DNA of 64,000 bases from Octopus vulgaris (GCA_951406725.2 OX597825.1:61566001-61630000); one strand, 5' to 3'; numbered from the stretch's first letter, positions 1 through 12,089 are shown. Notes: generated by a model not told the origin, from the sequence alone. Numbers and translations: made by a program.

Positions 1-19
1 GCAGTTCAGAGGTAGACAT

Positions 20-515
20 CAAGATCAGAAAGGCATAATCACAGAGAGTCTGTCACAAAGTTTTTAAAATGTCTGGAATTCCAAATTGCCCAGACAAATC
101 AAAATCAAGCTGTTTATTGTAACAGTGAAAATCAGTCATAAAATGCCATCCGTTATATGAGCTAAATTGGTGCTGCATAAGGATGCTACGAATGACCCTA
201 AATATGAATTGGCAGCAACATATAGCAAATGAATGCCTTTATGGAGACCTGCTGAAGGTTACTGAGGAGATAATGCAACGATGGCTGAAACTATCCGGTC
301 GCTGCATGCATCCTCGTGAACTGGAAGCATTCAAATTGTCTTGCGGAACCCGGTTCATGGCGATCTAAGAAGAGGAAAACGTCATCACACATCGACAACT
401 TGATTGCAGACAGTGGCTTGGAATGTATCCAGGATTTGATGATGGACCAAGAAGTGTGGTGGGTGGAATTTGTTGCTCGGGTGAGAACTCGGCCACAATA
501 ATAGAATAATAGCGA
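20..515 (+). mobile_element. 3' fragment of a non-LTR retrotransposon (RTE-like C-terminus), degenerate
   Basis: ORF 183-368 'LRMTLNMNWQQHIANECLYGDLLKVTEEIMQRWLKLSGRC' resembles the post-RT region of RTE-type LINEs and the copy at 18545-18892 ('LSWKRHPTKMQIYGKLPPVSSLVKGRRVQFAGHC'). It ends in a short AATAATAG tail. Confidence 0.55.
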
Positions 516-947
516 TTTTGAAGCCTGGTGGCTAAGTGTTCTTGACATATGTTTGTGAACTTATATAGAACACAGGACTGTGCACAGTCTCAGAATTTCC
601 ATGTGCAATATCATCTTGTACAGCTTGGAGGAAATTTACTCTCGAGTTGGAGTCCATCCAAGACTGATGTGGCATATACTAAGAAGTGTGTAGTTATGTA
701 AAGTAAGATGAAGGATTCTTGGCAGTAATTCAGGTTTCATGTTTGGACAAACGACCTTAATTCATCTAAATTAAACAAAGCTTATTGTACATAGTCATTC
801 ATCATGTTGCATTGGGAAATAGTTCAGAACACAGTAGTTCCAAGCAAAGTAAATCATTTCACCTGAACATGAAATATCAATAGATAGCACATACATATAC
901 ATGTATATGCGCGTGTGTGTGTACACACATACACACACACACACATA

Positions 948-1339
948 CTCTTTTACTTGTTTCAGTCATTTGACTGAGGCCATGCTGGAGCACCACATTT
1001 AGTCGAGCAAATCGACCCCAGGACGTATTCTTTGTAAGCCTAGTACTTATTCTATCGGTCTCTTTTGCTGAACTGCTAAGTTACGGGGACGTAAACACAC
1101 CAGCAGTAGTTGTCAAATGATGTTGGGGGGACAAACAGACACACACAAACATACACACACAGAAACACACACATATATATATATACATATATACAACAGG
1201 CTTCTTTCAGTTTCCGTCAACCAAATCCACTCACAAGGCCGAGGCTATAGTAGAAGACACTTGCTCAAGGTGCCACGCAGTGGGACTGAACCCGGGCCAT
1301 GTGGTTAGTAAGGAAGCTACTTACCACACAGCCACTCCT
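948..1339 (-). mobile_element. tRNA-derived CORE-type SINE
   Basis: Minus strand: A-box TGGCTGTGTGG, B-box GGTTCAGTCCC, CORE-like CCTTGAGCAAGTGTCTT, internal (CA)/(TA) tract and GAAACAAGTAAAAGAG tail. Close copies lie at 14200-14607, 24658-25052, 50166-50370, 51249-51650 and 58300-58716. Confidence 0.85.
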
Positions 1340-1380
1340 ACGTACAACACACACACGTATATGCATATGAATGCATACGT

Positions 1381-1694
1381 AATTATTGTAATGTAGTAAC
1401 TCGCTGCCAATTATTGTAGTATCTCCACTGTTAATGACGATACTTGTATACACTATAACTGTGTAGTAACAATAAACATATAACAGAGCAGGGTAACAAC
1501 AGCGTTACAATCCAGCAAAATCTCCATGAACTATACACGAACCACCAAACGATATTCCGACAAACTACTAAAACAACACCTTACCACTTCTTGCAATTAA
1601 CGCTTCTCTCTCTTTCTCTCACCCAGACCGTTACTAATCATAGTCATTCAGTCAAATCTATTATCACAGAGGGTGTCGTAACTCTCGCCACAAC
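1381..1694 (-). repeat. 3' LTR of the Gypsy element
   Basis: Aligns with 6872-7188 (shared AATTATTGTAATGTAGT, TTAATGACGATACTTGT, GATATTCCGAC, TTCAGTCAAATCT, CCACAAC). Preceded on the - strand by purine-rich AAAAGGGACAG. Confidence 0.85.
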
Positions 1695-2099
1695 CTGTCC
1701 CTTTTGAGATTTGACTTTCGTAGGAAACGAAATTTCATTATTATTATTTCTTTCTTTCCGACACCTCTCCCTTTTTGAAATTTGGTTTCCCTTGGGAATT
1801 ATTTCTAAACGTTCAGTCTGCTTATTTTTCTGTTACTGCTCCTTCTAGGCTCAGTCTCTTTCGGTGCTAGCACATCGAACATGTCATAAAACACTTCCAT
1901 TGGGATATCCTTCCTTTCTTCTGTATGTTTGATCTTAATTGATTTACGTGTCATTTATGCTCGCATCGTTGACCTTTCATTGAGTACATCAAGTTTCCAA
2001 TTCTTTTAGTCACTACACCATCCTGCCAACTCTCTTTGCTGTTTTTGTATACTTTGAAATGAACTTTGTCTCAGACATCAAAATGTTTAGTTGGATTTT

Positions 2100-2960
2100 T
2101 TGTATTTTCTCTATACGCTTTTCCTATGGCAGCAATTTGTCGAGGATCGATTTAATCTTTCAAGTGAACATTAGCTCTGCAGGCGACTTGCCTGAACTGG
2201 TATTTGGATTGGGTGTTATTCTGCACTACCTTCAGAATTTAGTTAGCACTTCGTCATTTCCTAACTCATTCCTTGTTTTTTGTTTTAGCGCTCGCTTGAA
2301 AGCCTCTACGAATCGTTCTGCTTGCCCGTTTGATCTCAGATGGTAGGGTGGGGTAAATATGTGCTTGCTTGATTGCATGCATTTTGAAAATTTTCTTGAA
2401 CTCGTATCCTGCAAATTGTGTTCCATTGTCCGATACTATGGTTTCCGTAACTCCGTATCGAGCAAAATGTTCGTGCAGGAACTTTATTGTTCCTTCAAGG
2501 TTGGTTGACTGCACCTACACGCTTCCGGTCACTTGGTAAAGCTATGAACAAGGATCAAATAGTAAGCGCCATTCACCGGTCCAGCGTAGTCTATATGTAC
2601 CCTGGACCACAGACGAATCATCTCAGGCCACGATTGGTACTTCACCTGTGGTGCTTTGGCTGCTAGCGCACAACCTCTATATAATTTTACCCAATTTTCA
2701 ATGTCTTGGTCCATTGTCGGCCAATACACGTAACTCTTCATCAAAGCTTTCATTCTTGACATCTCCGGGCGTCCATTATGAAATTCATGTAATATCCGTT
2801 TCATTAATACATCGTTGCAGAGTGAAAAATGGTTTGCCTTCATGTTTCTTTCTTCTTTATTTTTCAAAGTTTCCTTCATTTTTATGATGTATTTGTCCCC
2901 CACTGATTTACTTTTTATATCTTGTATAGTCACTGGCAACTCCTGAATGATATCACACAT
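2100..2960 (-). pseudogene. Gypsy integrase (HHCC zinc-binding + DDE core), frameshifted
   Basis: ORFs 2529-2960 ('LHEFHNGRPEMSRMKALMKSYVYWP...WSRVHIDYAGP'), 2266-2514 ('FARYGVTETIVSDNGTQF') and 2232-2426 ('TPPYHLRSNGQAERFV'). Confidence 0.92.
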
Positions 2961-2999
2961 AACAGAACTAGCATTTCTACTTGTTTTTAATTTCCTTTA

Positions 3000-4450
3000 C
3001 TGATTGTAATGCGGCAATTATCGTAACTTTCAGCAGCTGCGCATTCTTCGGAATTAGCCTAGATAAACAATCCACATGGTTAATTTTCTTAGAAGGAATG
3101 TAGTCCATCTTAAAGTGGTAATTTAACAATATTGTATCCCAGTGTTGTAATTTGTTAGTTATATGGGCAGGAATTCCATTCTTCGATCCGAAAATTGATA
3201 GTTCTTAGTGGTTCTTGCCTCACATGCTCTGATTGCAGCAGAAAAAGACTGCAAAAAGATAGGGAAATAAGCTCTAGTGATTATTTTTGCAGTGGTCCGT
3301 CTGAAGCAGAAAACTACATTGGAGAAATCTGTGAAATTTCTTCACAGCAAAAATAATCGCTAGAGCTTATTTCTCTATCTTTTTGCAGTCTTTTTCTGCT
3401 GCAATCAGAGCATGTGAGGCAAGAACCACTACCTTCACATTACCGTCTTTATGCATGTGTAGCAAAACTGCTCCTACAGAAGCGTCAGAAGCTACGACAG
3501 TCTCCGCGGCAAGTTCGAAATCAGCCTGCCACAAGTCCGAAATTAATATTTTTTAAAAATTCCTGAAACGCCATTTGACAGTTATTTGACCAATTCCATT
3601 TTGGCATCTTTCTTTAGAAAATTATTAAGCGGAGCTCTCAGTTCATACATGTTTGGTATGAAATTTTGATAATACGGCGGTGCATCAGCATGGCCGCAGC
3701 TTTTAGCTGAAACTAGAGGGAAAAGAAATAGTTCGCTAGGCCAAGAAAAACTTGTAACGTCGCTATCTTAGATGGGGGAAGCATATTTCTAATTGCGTAT
3801 GTCCTCTATAGGTCAGGTTGTCTTCAATTTTTATCTATTATTTGTCCGAAATATTTAATTTTAAGCATAAAGAATTCACAGTTCTCTCCACTAAGTGTGA
3901 AACCGTAATCTCTTATTTTTTGAAAGACACTCTTCACATGTTCGATATGGTGATAACAAGATTCACTTTTAATTAATACATCATCGAGGTATGGAAAATC
4001 AAATGGACAGTCTGCCAACATCGCATCCATAATCTGTTAAAATATTGCAGGTGCAACCTTCAAACCAAATGGTAGTCTATTATATTTGTATAGTCTTCTG
4101 TGCGTATTCACTGTTAGAAGCTTCGAGCATTCTTCGTCTATTTTAATTTGTAGATACGCACCAGATAGATTTAGTTTCTAAAATATTTTGCCACCATTTA
4201 ATTTTGCAAAAATATCTTCCGGAGTAGGCAGTGGATTGTGGCATATCTTTAGGCAGCCAATCAAACCAGTAGAAAAATCGGCACACACGCTGATTTTGCT
4301 ATTTTTTCTAATACACACATTTAGTGCAGCCCACTTAAAACAATCAACGTTTTGAATAATTCCCGTTTTTTCCAATCTGTCTAATTCCTCCTCTACCTAC
4401 TTTATCGCGGCAAATGTTATATTTCTATTAGGGCTGAATACAAGTAAGAT
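3000..4450 (-). pseudogene. Gypsy reverse transcriptase and RNase H, disrupted
   Basis: ORF 4178-4375 ('VCADFSTGL...PLPTPEDIFAKLNGGKIF'); RLPFGLKVAPAIF at ~4040-4080; ORF 3824-4030 with YLDD; IVASDAS-like RNase H start at ~3480-3500. Confidence 0.88.
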
Positions 4451-4710
4451 GTTTTTCTTTATTTGAAAACAGCCCTGTTTTTAGAACAGATCTAATTTAT
4501 CCAAAAGCACTTCAGGAAACAAGTTCTTAAATTTCTTCTATTCAGCTGCTAAGTTTTTTTTCACTGGTGGAACTGCTATTTACTCTTTTACAGAACAGAC
4601 TTATGGGGAAGTCCCATAAGTCAAACAACTCTAACCAGTCCGTACCGAACAGATTGGTTGCATTTTTCACCACGAAAACTTTTGCTCTACAGGTTTTTTT
4701 TTCCCGAAAT

Positions 4711-6000
4711 GGGATCTTTTCCTTTTGATAGCCAGAATCAAAACAATTTCTAGTTAACTAAACATTTTGAAACTTCGTATACGGGTAGAATGTGTCAAAA
4801 GAAAACATTATTTTCACTTGGCTTTTTTGATAAATTTGTAATTCGTTTGTTTAACGTAGTTTAATTTTTCGAATTTTAACCAATCCTATGCTCTCTTTTG
4901 AGCTGAAATCATTTGCTGCGTCTAAAAACTGAGACAACATCCGTTTTGTTCGTAATGTAGCGTCCGTGAGTTCGATATCAGGCTAACCTACCGGCCCCAC
5001 GGTGGGATTTTTTTTCTTTACGATTATTAGTAAATTCACGTTTATTTATCAATATCGATAACGAATTATTGCCGTTGTTTAGACAAGCTCCAGTACGTAA
5101 CAGGTACTTAATTTATCCCTAACTCTAACCCTAACCCTAAACCTAAACCCTAACCCTAAACCTAACCCCTAACCCTGAACCTAACCACTAACCCTAAACC
5201 TAACCAAAGCTAGCGACCGATGCCGGAAGGCTGTCACGAGATAGGGTTAGGTTTAGGGTTAGGGGTTAGGCTTAGGGTTAGGTTTAGGGTTAAGGTTAGG
5301 GATAAATTAAGTACCAGTTACGCACGCACTGGTGTCGATAGAGCCCCTTGCCGGAACAAATTTACACAGAAGGTAAATAAATCAGAAATGGGGGGGGTCA
5401 ATGTTTCATCGTTTCGGGGTCGATAAATTAAGTACCAATTACGCACTGGTGTCAAGGATTTTTTTTCCCTATTTATATCACAGCCTCCGACAAGCTGGGG
5501 CATCCTTTTATGAAAAAATATTTCGCAAATTTTTACAATACGACCCACACTCCACGCACCCTCATACCCCACTCTAGACCGATTTAGGTATATTATTGTT
5601 TTGTTTTTGTTGTTTTTGGCCCTTCAAAACCACGGGAGAAGCCTTTTTGATAAAAAAAATAATGAAAATATTCAAAAAATATCGTTAATATTTTTATTGG
5701 GCGACGAAATTCATCGATTTAAGAGATATGGCTGTTGTTTCTAGCACATGCCAACACAACTATCCTTGTTTGTTTATCAATATCGATAACGCAGCAAATG
5801 ATTTCAGCTCAAAAGAGAGCATTGGATTGGTTAAAATTCGAAACATTAAACTACGTTAAACAAACGAATTACAAATTTATCAAAAGAGCCAAGTGAAAAT
5901 AATGTTTTCTTTTGACACATTCTACCAGTATACGAAGTTTTAAAGTGTTTAGTTAACTAGAAATTATGTTGAAATCTGGCTATCAAAAGGAAAAGATCCC
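4711..6000. mobile_element. Non-autonomous foldback/TIR DNA element nested in the Gypsy protease
   Basis: ~210-bp TIRs (GGGATCTTTTCCTTTTGATAGCCAGA..., 4711-4921 vs 5789-6000) and 6-bp TSD CGAAAT (4705-4710, 6001-6006). The Gypsy pol sequence resumes across the TSD. Confidence 0.92.
5103..5315. repeat. Head-to-head telomere-like repeats, (CCCTAA)n...(TTAGGG)n
   Basis: CCCTAA variants at 5117-5205 and TTAGGG variants at 5243-5300, bracketed by the perfect inverted repeat GGTACTTAATTTATC / GATAAATTAAGTACC. Confidence 0.9.
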
Positions 6001-6006
6001 CGAAAT

Positions 6007-6310
6007 GTGATATCACATCATATTTCGCCTACGAAGTGTAGTTTTTCACCTGTCATGCATCGTGCAATTATTGATGTTTTTCTTCGGCTTTCCAATTCTT
6101 ATCCACGTGCCGGTATTAATAATCGAGATGTCACTACCAGAATCTAGTTGTAATTCAATATTCACTTCGTTTACATTTACATGTACAAATTTCCTCCTTT
6201 TGGTGTCGCTTCTATTTTCCGTTGAGAAAGCTTAAGATTTTTTTATGTTCAACCTTCCTAAATTTGCTCTGCAATGTGAGCTCTTGTGTCCTACGTGACA
6301 AAATATTCAT
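6007..6310 (-). pseudogene. Gypsy aspartic protease and gag zinc-knuckle remnant
   Basis: Reverse complement of 6121-6170 reads EVNIELQLDSGSDISI (D-S-G catalytic motif). 6268-6303 reads FCHVGHKSSHCR (knuckle remnant). Confidence 0.8.
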
Positions 6311-6861
6311 CCTCTCTTTTAACTAGATTCTGACACTCCCATCGAGTGTTAAAGAAGGAACTCTTATTACTGAATATTTTTGATAGTAGTTCGACTGTTT
6401 CCTGGAAACAAATTTCACTAGAGTTTTGAGGGTTGTATGAAATTACAATATTTTTCATGTTCAGCCGACGTTAATTTACGTAATAATAGTCTTACTTTTT
6501 CGTTGTCCATTCACAACTTACAATCTTCCCCGAAAATTTCTTCGTACCTTCTAAAGTACGCTACAAACGTTATGCCCTCCTCTGAGTCATGACTGAATTC
6601 TGTTATAGAGTTCGATACGCCGTCTGGTAAAAATGAGCTTATAGTGTTTCCGAATTTCTTTATGTATTCCAGCAACTGCCGTTCAATTCTTGAGTACTGT
6701 TGTTCGACTTCTGAACACTGTTGTTCAACTCGTGAGTACCGTTACTTTTGCACTCCTGTTGTAGTTGTTTGCGAAAATGTATTATAGAAGCTTATAGGTC
6801 TTCCATAATTAGCAACTTTGTATCACAAACATTTGTCAACTGACCTGCGTGAACTGCGAAA

Positions 6862-6872
6862 CCTCGTCGCCA
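6862..6872 (-). promoter_or_regulatory. Primer-binding site of the Gypsy element
   Basis: TGGCGACGAGG on the - strand, directly abutting the 5' LTR end. Confidence 0.85.
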
Positions 6873-7188
6873 ATTATTGTAATGTAGTGACTCGTCACCA
6901 ATTATGTAGTATTGCCATTATTAATGACGATACTTGTTTACACTATAACCGTGTAATAACAATAAGCATATAACAAAGCAGGGTTACAACAACATAACAA
7001 TCCAACAAACTCTCTACAAACTATACACGGACCAACAAATGATATTCCGACGAACTACCAAAGCAACACGTTATGACTTGCTGTGATTAACGCCTACTCT
7101 CTCTCTGTCTCTCACTCGGACCGCTACTATTTGAAGTCGTTCAGTCAAATCTGTTCTCAGAAGGGGTGTCATGACTCTCTCCACAACA
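6872..7188 (-). repeat. 5' LTR of the Gypsy element
   Basis: Direct repeat of 1381-1694. Starts TGTTGTGG on the - strand and is followed by the PBS. Confidence 0.85.
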
Positions 7189-7200
7189 ATATCTCTCCCT

Positions 7201-7283
7201 CTCTCCTGATGAGAAAGCAGCATAATGTACTCCTTATTCCTTCGCAATTAGGAATATGCAGCCTTCGAAACATATGTCGAAAA
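7201..7283 (+). ncRNA. Minimal type I hammerhead ribozyme motif (stem I eroded)
   Basis: CTGATGA 7206-7212; stem II GAAAGC/GCCTTC plus GCATA/TATGC; GAAA 7267-7270; palindromic CATATG; GUC site at 7276-7278. Confidence 0.65.
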
Positions 7284-7562
7284 TAAAGGAATTTTGTTAA
7301 TTCGTCGTTCAGCTCCATTCTTTCATATATTTATATATTTTAAATATATATATATATATATATAATATACAGTTCTGTGATAGAAAATTCAACAAATAAA
7401 GTACTCCATTTGGTGAGAGATAAATATTATTTATTTAAGGTCACAATAGATGTATCAAAGTATTATTAATAGTTTCATATGTTATGTTGAGGGAACTCAA
7501 ACATATGATGAACTAAAGAAATAAATATTAGAAGAAACGTGAAATAAACTGAGAAGGCAGAA

Positions 7563-7673
<111 letters not shown>

Positions 7674-7882
7674 TTATAAATATATATACCACAAGCATCT
7701 TTCAGTTTCCATCTGCGAAATCTACTCACAAGGCTTTGGTCAGCCAAAGTCTATAGTTCAAGACACTAGCCCAGGATTCTACAGTGTGTAGATGAGCCTG
7801 AGACTATGTGGTTGAGAAACAAAGTTATAATGCATGTGTGTGTGTGTGTGCATGTATAATTGAAGGGATACTTTCAGTTTCC

Positions 7883-8300
7883 TATTTCTTTATTGCCCAG
7901 AAGGGGCTAAACATAGAGGGGATAAACAAGGACAGACAAAGGGATTAAGTCGATTACATTGATCCCAGTGCGTAACTGTTACTTAATTTTTCGATCCCAA
8001 AAGGATGAAAGACAAAGTCAACCTCGGCGGAATTTGAACTCAGAACGTAACAGCAGATGAAATACCTATTTCTTTACTACCCACAAGGGGCTAAACACAG
8101 AGAGGACAAACAAGAACAGACAAACGGATTAAGTCAATTATATTGACCCCAGTGTGTAACTGGTACTTATTTAATCGACCCCGGAAGGATGAAAGATAAA
8201 GTCGAACTCGGCAGAATTTGAACTCAGAACGTAACAGCAGCCGAAATACTGCTAAGCATTCCGGCCGGTGTGCTAACATTTCTGCCAGCTTGCCGCCTTC
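7883..8300 (-). mobile_element. Tandem dimer of tRNA-derived Meta-domain-like SINE
   Basis: Two copies of the ...TTCATCCTT..GG.TCGA..AA.TAAGTA.CAG... unit, flanked by one 16-bp TSD GATACTTTCAGTTTCC (7867-7882, 8303-8318). Confidence 0.85.
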
Positions 8301-8654
8301 CAGATACTTTCAGTTTCCAGCTACCAAATCCACTGACAAGACTTTTGTTGACTCAGATTTTTAACATAAGTCACCTGCTGAAGGTGCCGCAAGGTAGAAG
8401 AGATCCAGAAACCATGTTCTTGGGAAATGAACCTCTTAACCAAAAAGCCATGTTGGCATCTACCAATGCTTGGCATGTATACATATATACATGACATTCT
8501 TTTGTTGAAAATATGACTTTTGGAATTTTCACAACAAAAATATATTCAAACAATGAAAAAATAGTACTGTCTCTTTTGCTAATAGTTTCCGGTTCAACAG
8601 AGGAATGGCTTCCGAAACAAGAACAAGACAATTCCCAACAAAAACAGCATATAT

Positions 8655-8695
8655 GTATATATCTATATCTATATTTATATCTATATTTCTATTCA

Positions 8696-8748
<53 letters not shown>

Positions 8749-9150
8749 CTCTATCTATCTATCTGTTTGTCTGTCTGTCTATCTGTCTGTCTGTCTGTCT
8801 ATGTACGTATGTATGTACGTATGTATGTATCTATCTATCTGTCTGTCTGTCTATGTATGTATGTATGTGTCTATCTATCTATCTACCTATCTATCAATTT
8901 ATCTATCACTCAGTATACACACACACACGCGCATATATATATATGTATGTTTGTATATATGTATCTCTATTTCATATATATATATATATACAAGCATATA
9001 TAGATATATGTATATACACATATATAAATACATATATTTGTACAATTATGTGTATTGCACACACCCACATCTATCTATCTGTCTATCAATTTATCTATCT
9101 ATCTATCTATCTATCTATCCATCTATCTATCTATCTATTTATCTACCTAC

Positions 9151-9204
<54 letters not shown>

Positions 9205-9281
9205 CTCTCTATATATATACATATATATATATACACATACATTCTTATATATATACATAAATATATATATATACACATACG

Positions 9282-9317
<36 letters not shown>

Positions 9318-9410
9318 CATATATATATACATATATTAATATATATATATATAAATATATATATACACACATATATATATATATATCTATATTATACATG
9401 AGAGTGTGTG
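8655..9410. repeat. Compound microsatellite (TCTA)n/(TA)n/(CA)n
   Basis: Visible simple repeats; source of the spurious YLSI ORFs. Confidence 0.95.
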
Positions 9411-9763
9411 TATAGACATCTGTGCATATCTTTATCTTTTGCCAAAGAAAATGAAGAGCAGCCGTAGATATAGACAGACTGATGGTCATACAACAACATA
9501 GATAAATGTATTTATACATTCCACAATAGTAAAATCAGTGATTGTTTATTACTTATTTCACTGAAATTATCATTTACTATACTATTTTCACTTCTCACAT
9601 GATATTGTCTACTTTGAATAAAGTGTAAGAGATTGAAGAAAAAAAAATTTTGTCAAATGAAAGTAAACAGACAGACTGTATTTCCTGCAGCTTCTGTGTT
9701 TCAGCTAGGTGTGGATGAGTGTGTGTATCTGTGTGTGTAAGTATATATATGCATATATATATA

Positions 9764-9993
9764 TTTCTTTTACTACCCACAAGGGGCTAAACACAGACGG
9801 GACAAACAAGGTCAGACAAACGGATTAAGTCGATTATATCGACCCCAGTGTGTAACTGGTACTTAATTTATCGACCCCGAAAGGATGAAAGGCAAAGTCG
9901 ACCTCGGCGGAATTTGAACTCGGAACGTGACGACAGACGAAATACAGCTACGCATTTCGCCCGGCGTGCTAACGTTTCTGCCAGCTCGCCGCC
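9764..9993 (-). mobile_element. tRNA-derived Meta-domain-like SINE
   Basis: Minus strand: GGCGGCGAGCTGGCAGAAACG head, B-box GAGTTCAAATTCC, CTTTCATCCTTTCGGGGTCGATAAATTAAGTACCAG core. TATATATGCATATATA on both flanks. Confidence 0.85.
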
Positions 9994-10023
9994 TATATAT
10001 GCATATATACTTACACACACACA

Positions 10024-10198
<175 letters not shown>

Positions 10199-10331
10199 TA
10201 TATATATATTTTATATATATATTTATATATATCTATATATATTTATATATATATATTTATATATATTTATATATATCTATATATATATATTTTTATATAT
10301 ATATATTTATATATATTTATATATATATATT

Positions 10332-10370
<39 letters not shown>

Positions 10371-10373
<3 letters not shown>

Positions 10374-11304
10374 ATTTCAACAATTGAGGGTAAAATTAAT
10401 TAATTAATCAATTTCACCAAGTATTCAGTATACAAAGGGACCATTTAAGGCGAATTCAAATTATTACATTATATAAAAGGGCTTAGTAAAATAAATTACT
10501 TTGCCGCATACTGAACTCATTAGAAATAGCAGCTAAAAAAACTTTTTTAAAACTATCTCCAATACTTAAAGAAAACCTCTCTCATATAGTGTTTGCTCAA
10601 TTCAACTCACGAAAGTATGGGGGTAGAGACATTAAAAAATCAAATGCAAAGGTTATTTGAGAACGTACGTTTCAAGATTAGTCAAAATCGACACTTCTAT
10701 CATCAGCTCAGAACTCCCTGGTTTGGATTTGAAAACACTGAAAGTGGGAGCATACCCTTTCGGCCTGTTATCGCCTCTGAAGATCTGCTCAAAACTAACA
10801 GTGCTAGCAAATTCAAATATGCAAGCGAAGAATTTCTGCTCTCCCCTTTCCACCAGCGTGGGTTAAAATCAGCAAACACTATGCTTTTTTCGGTAAAATC
10901 CGAGGCATTATATAGAGAGAGATGAATTATAATTTCAACAATTGAGGGTAAAATTAATTAATTAATCAATTTCACCAAGTATTCAGTATACAAAGGGACC
11001 ATTTAAGGCGAATTCAAATTATTACATTATATAAAAGGGCAGTGTTTTCAAATCCAAACCAGGGAGTTCTGAGCTGATGATAGAAGTGTCGATTTTGACT
11101 AATCTTGAAACGTACGTTCTCAAATAACCTTTGCATTTGATTTTTTAATGTCTCTACCCCCATACTTTCGTGAGTTGAATTGAGCAAACACTATATGAGA
11201 GAGGTTTTCTTTAAGTATTGGAGATAGTTTTAAAAAAGTTTTTTTAGCTGCTATTTCTAATGAGTTCAGTATGCGGCAAAGTAATTTATTTTACTAAGCC
11301 CTTT

Positions 11305-11312
<8 letters not shown>
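10371..11312 (-). mobile_element. Non-coding Penelope-like/retrozyme-like element: 558-bp unit plus partial repeat plus inverted segment, inserted in (TA)n
   Basis: 10371-10482 is repeated at 10929-11040. 11040-11312 is the reverse complement of 10468-10740. It carries a hammerhead motif at 10658-10710 (-) and 11070-11122 (+). Confidence 0.8.
11070..11122 (+). ncRNA. Minimal type I hammerhead ribozyme motif (mirror copy at 10658-10710, -)
   Basis: Stem I TGAG/CTCA; CTGATGA 11074-11080; stem II AGA/TCT plus GTC/GAC; GAAA 11107-11110; palindrome CGTACG; GUU site. The 10.1-11.1 pair is a T-T mismatch. Confidence 0.65.
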
Positions 11313-11343
<31 letters not shown>

Positions 11344-12089
11344 AACTCTTAATTTGAGCGGAGGCAATGCGAGCAGGAACTAAAGGAACATAATGTTCCT
11401 TTAGTATGTATATATATATATATACACTTATGTCTCTATGTATATCTACCTATCTGTATGTATGCGTGTGTAGCCTTCATTCTTTTGGCTTTCCTTTTCT
11501 TCTGCCTTACTGTCCCTCCCTCTCTCTCTCATTCTTCATTCTTTTCTCTACAACCATTCCCTTTTTTCTCTCCCTTTCTCTTACTATTCCTCCTCCCTCT
11601 CGTCGTTGACCCGAGATGAGAACTCTGCTACTGTCTTTCTTCTCCTGGCTACCTTCAAGTAGAGCCGGCACATCTGTTGCTCCCTCGCCGTTCTCAAAAA
11701 TTAGCGTTCGTAAAATTTTTTATCTCATTCGGCTTAACAGCCCTTCTTGTTTGTGTTACTGTCATTCTCCTTGTCCTGTCTTTTACTGTTTATATTCTGT
11801 ACTGTCGCTACTGTCCTGTTTTTGTTACCATTTTTACCCCTCCGCAAAAAAACTCAAATTTTATTTAATTTGATTTTCGTGGGAAGGATTGTTTCATTAA
11901 AGTCACGTATCGCCTTGACTTTCGAAATGTGGAGTAGATGAAACAAAGTCGACTGAAGAAGGGGAATTTTCCTTGTTTTGTATGTCCTGTACTCTATTTT
12001 TTCGTTGTTTAAGAAAAATGTCCATTTCCTTGGTTTTGTGTTTATGTTTTCGTTTCTCATTGTGTTCGACGTTTTTTTGGTGTCCTGTA

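Larger units (their letters stand above)
1381..7188 (-). mobile_element. Gypsy/Ty3 LTR retrotransposon, full span but degenerate
   Basis: Two diverged ~315-bp direct repeats, PBS TGGCGACGAGG and a PPT. Domain order on the - strand is gag knuckle, protease, RT, RNase H, integrase (Gypsy order), with many stops and frameshifts. Confidence 0.92.

Noticed and set aside
5117-5300. Chromosome-fusion scar or true telomere
   Set aside because: The repeats are short, degenerate and enclosed within a TSD-flanked TIR element. The orientation (CCCTAA then TTAGGG) is opposite to an end-to-end fusion.
11935-11975. GAAACAAAGTC-GA-CTGAAGA as a permuted hammerhead
   Set aside because: No stem II complementarity and no room for stem I.
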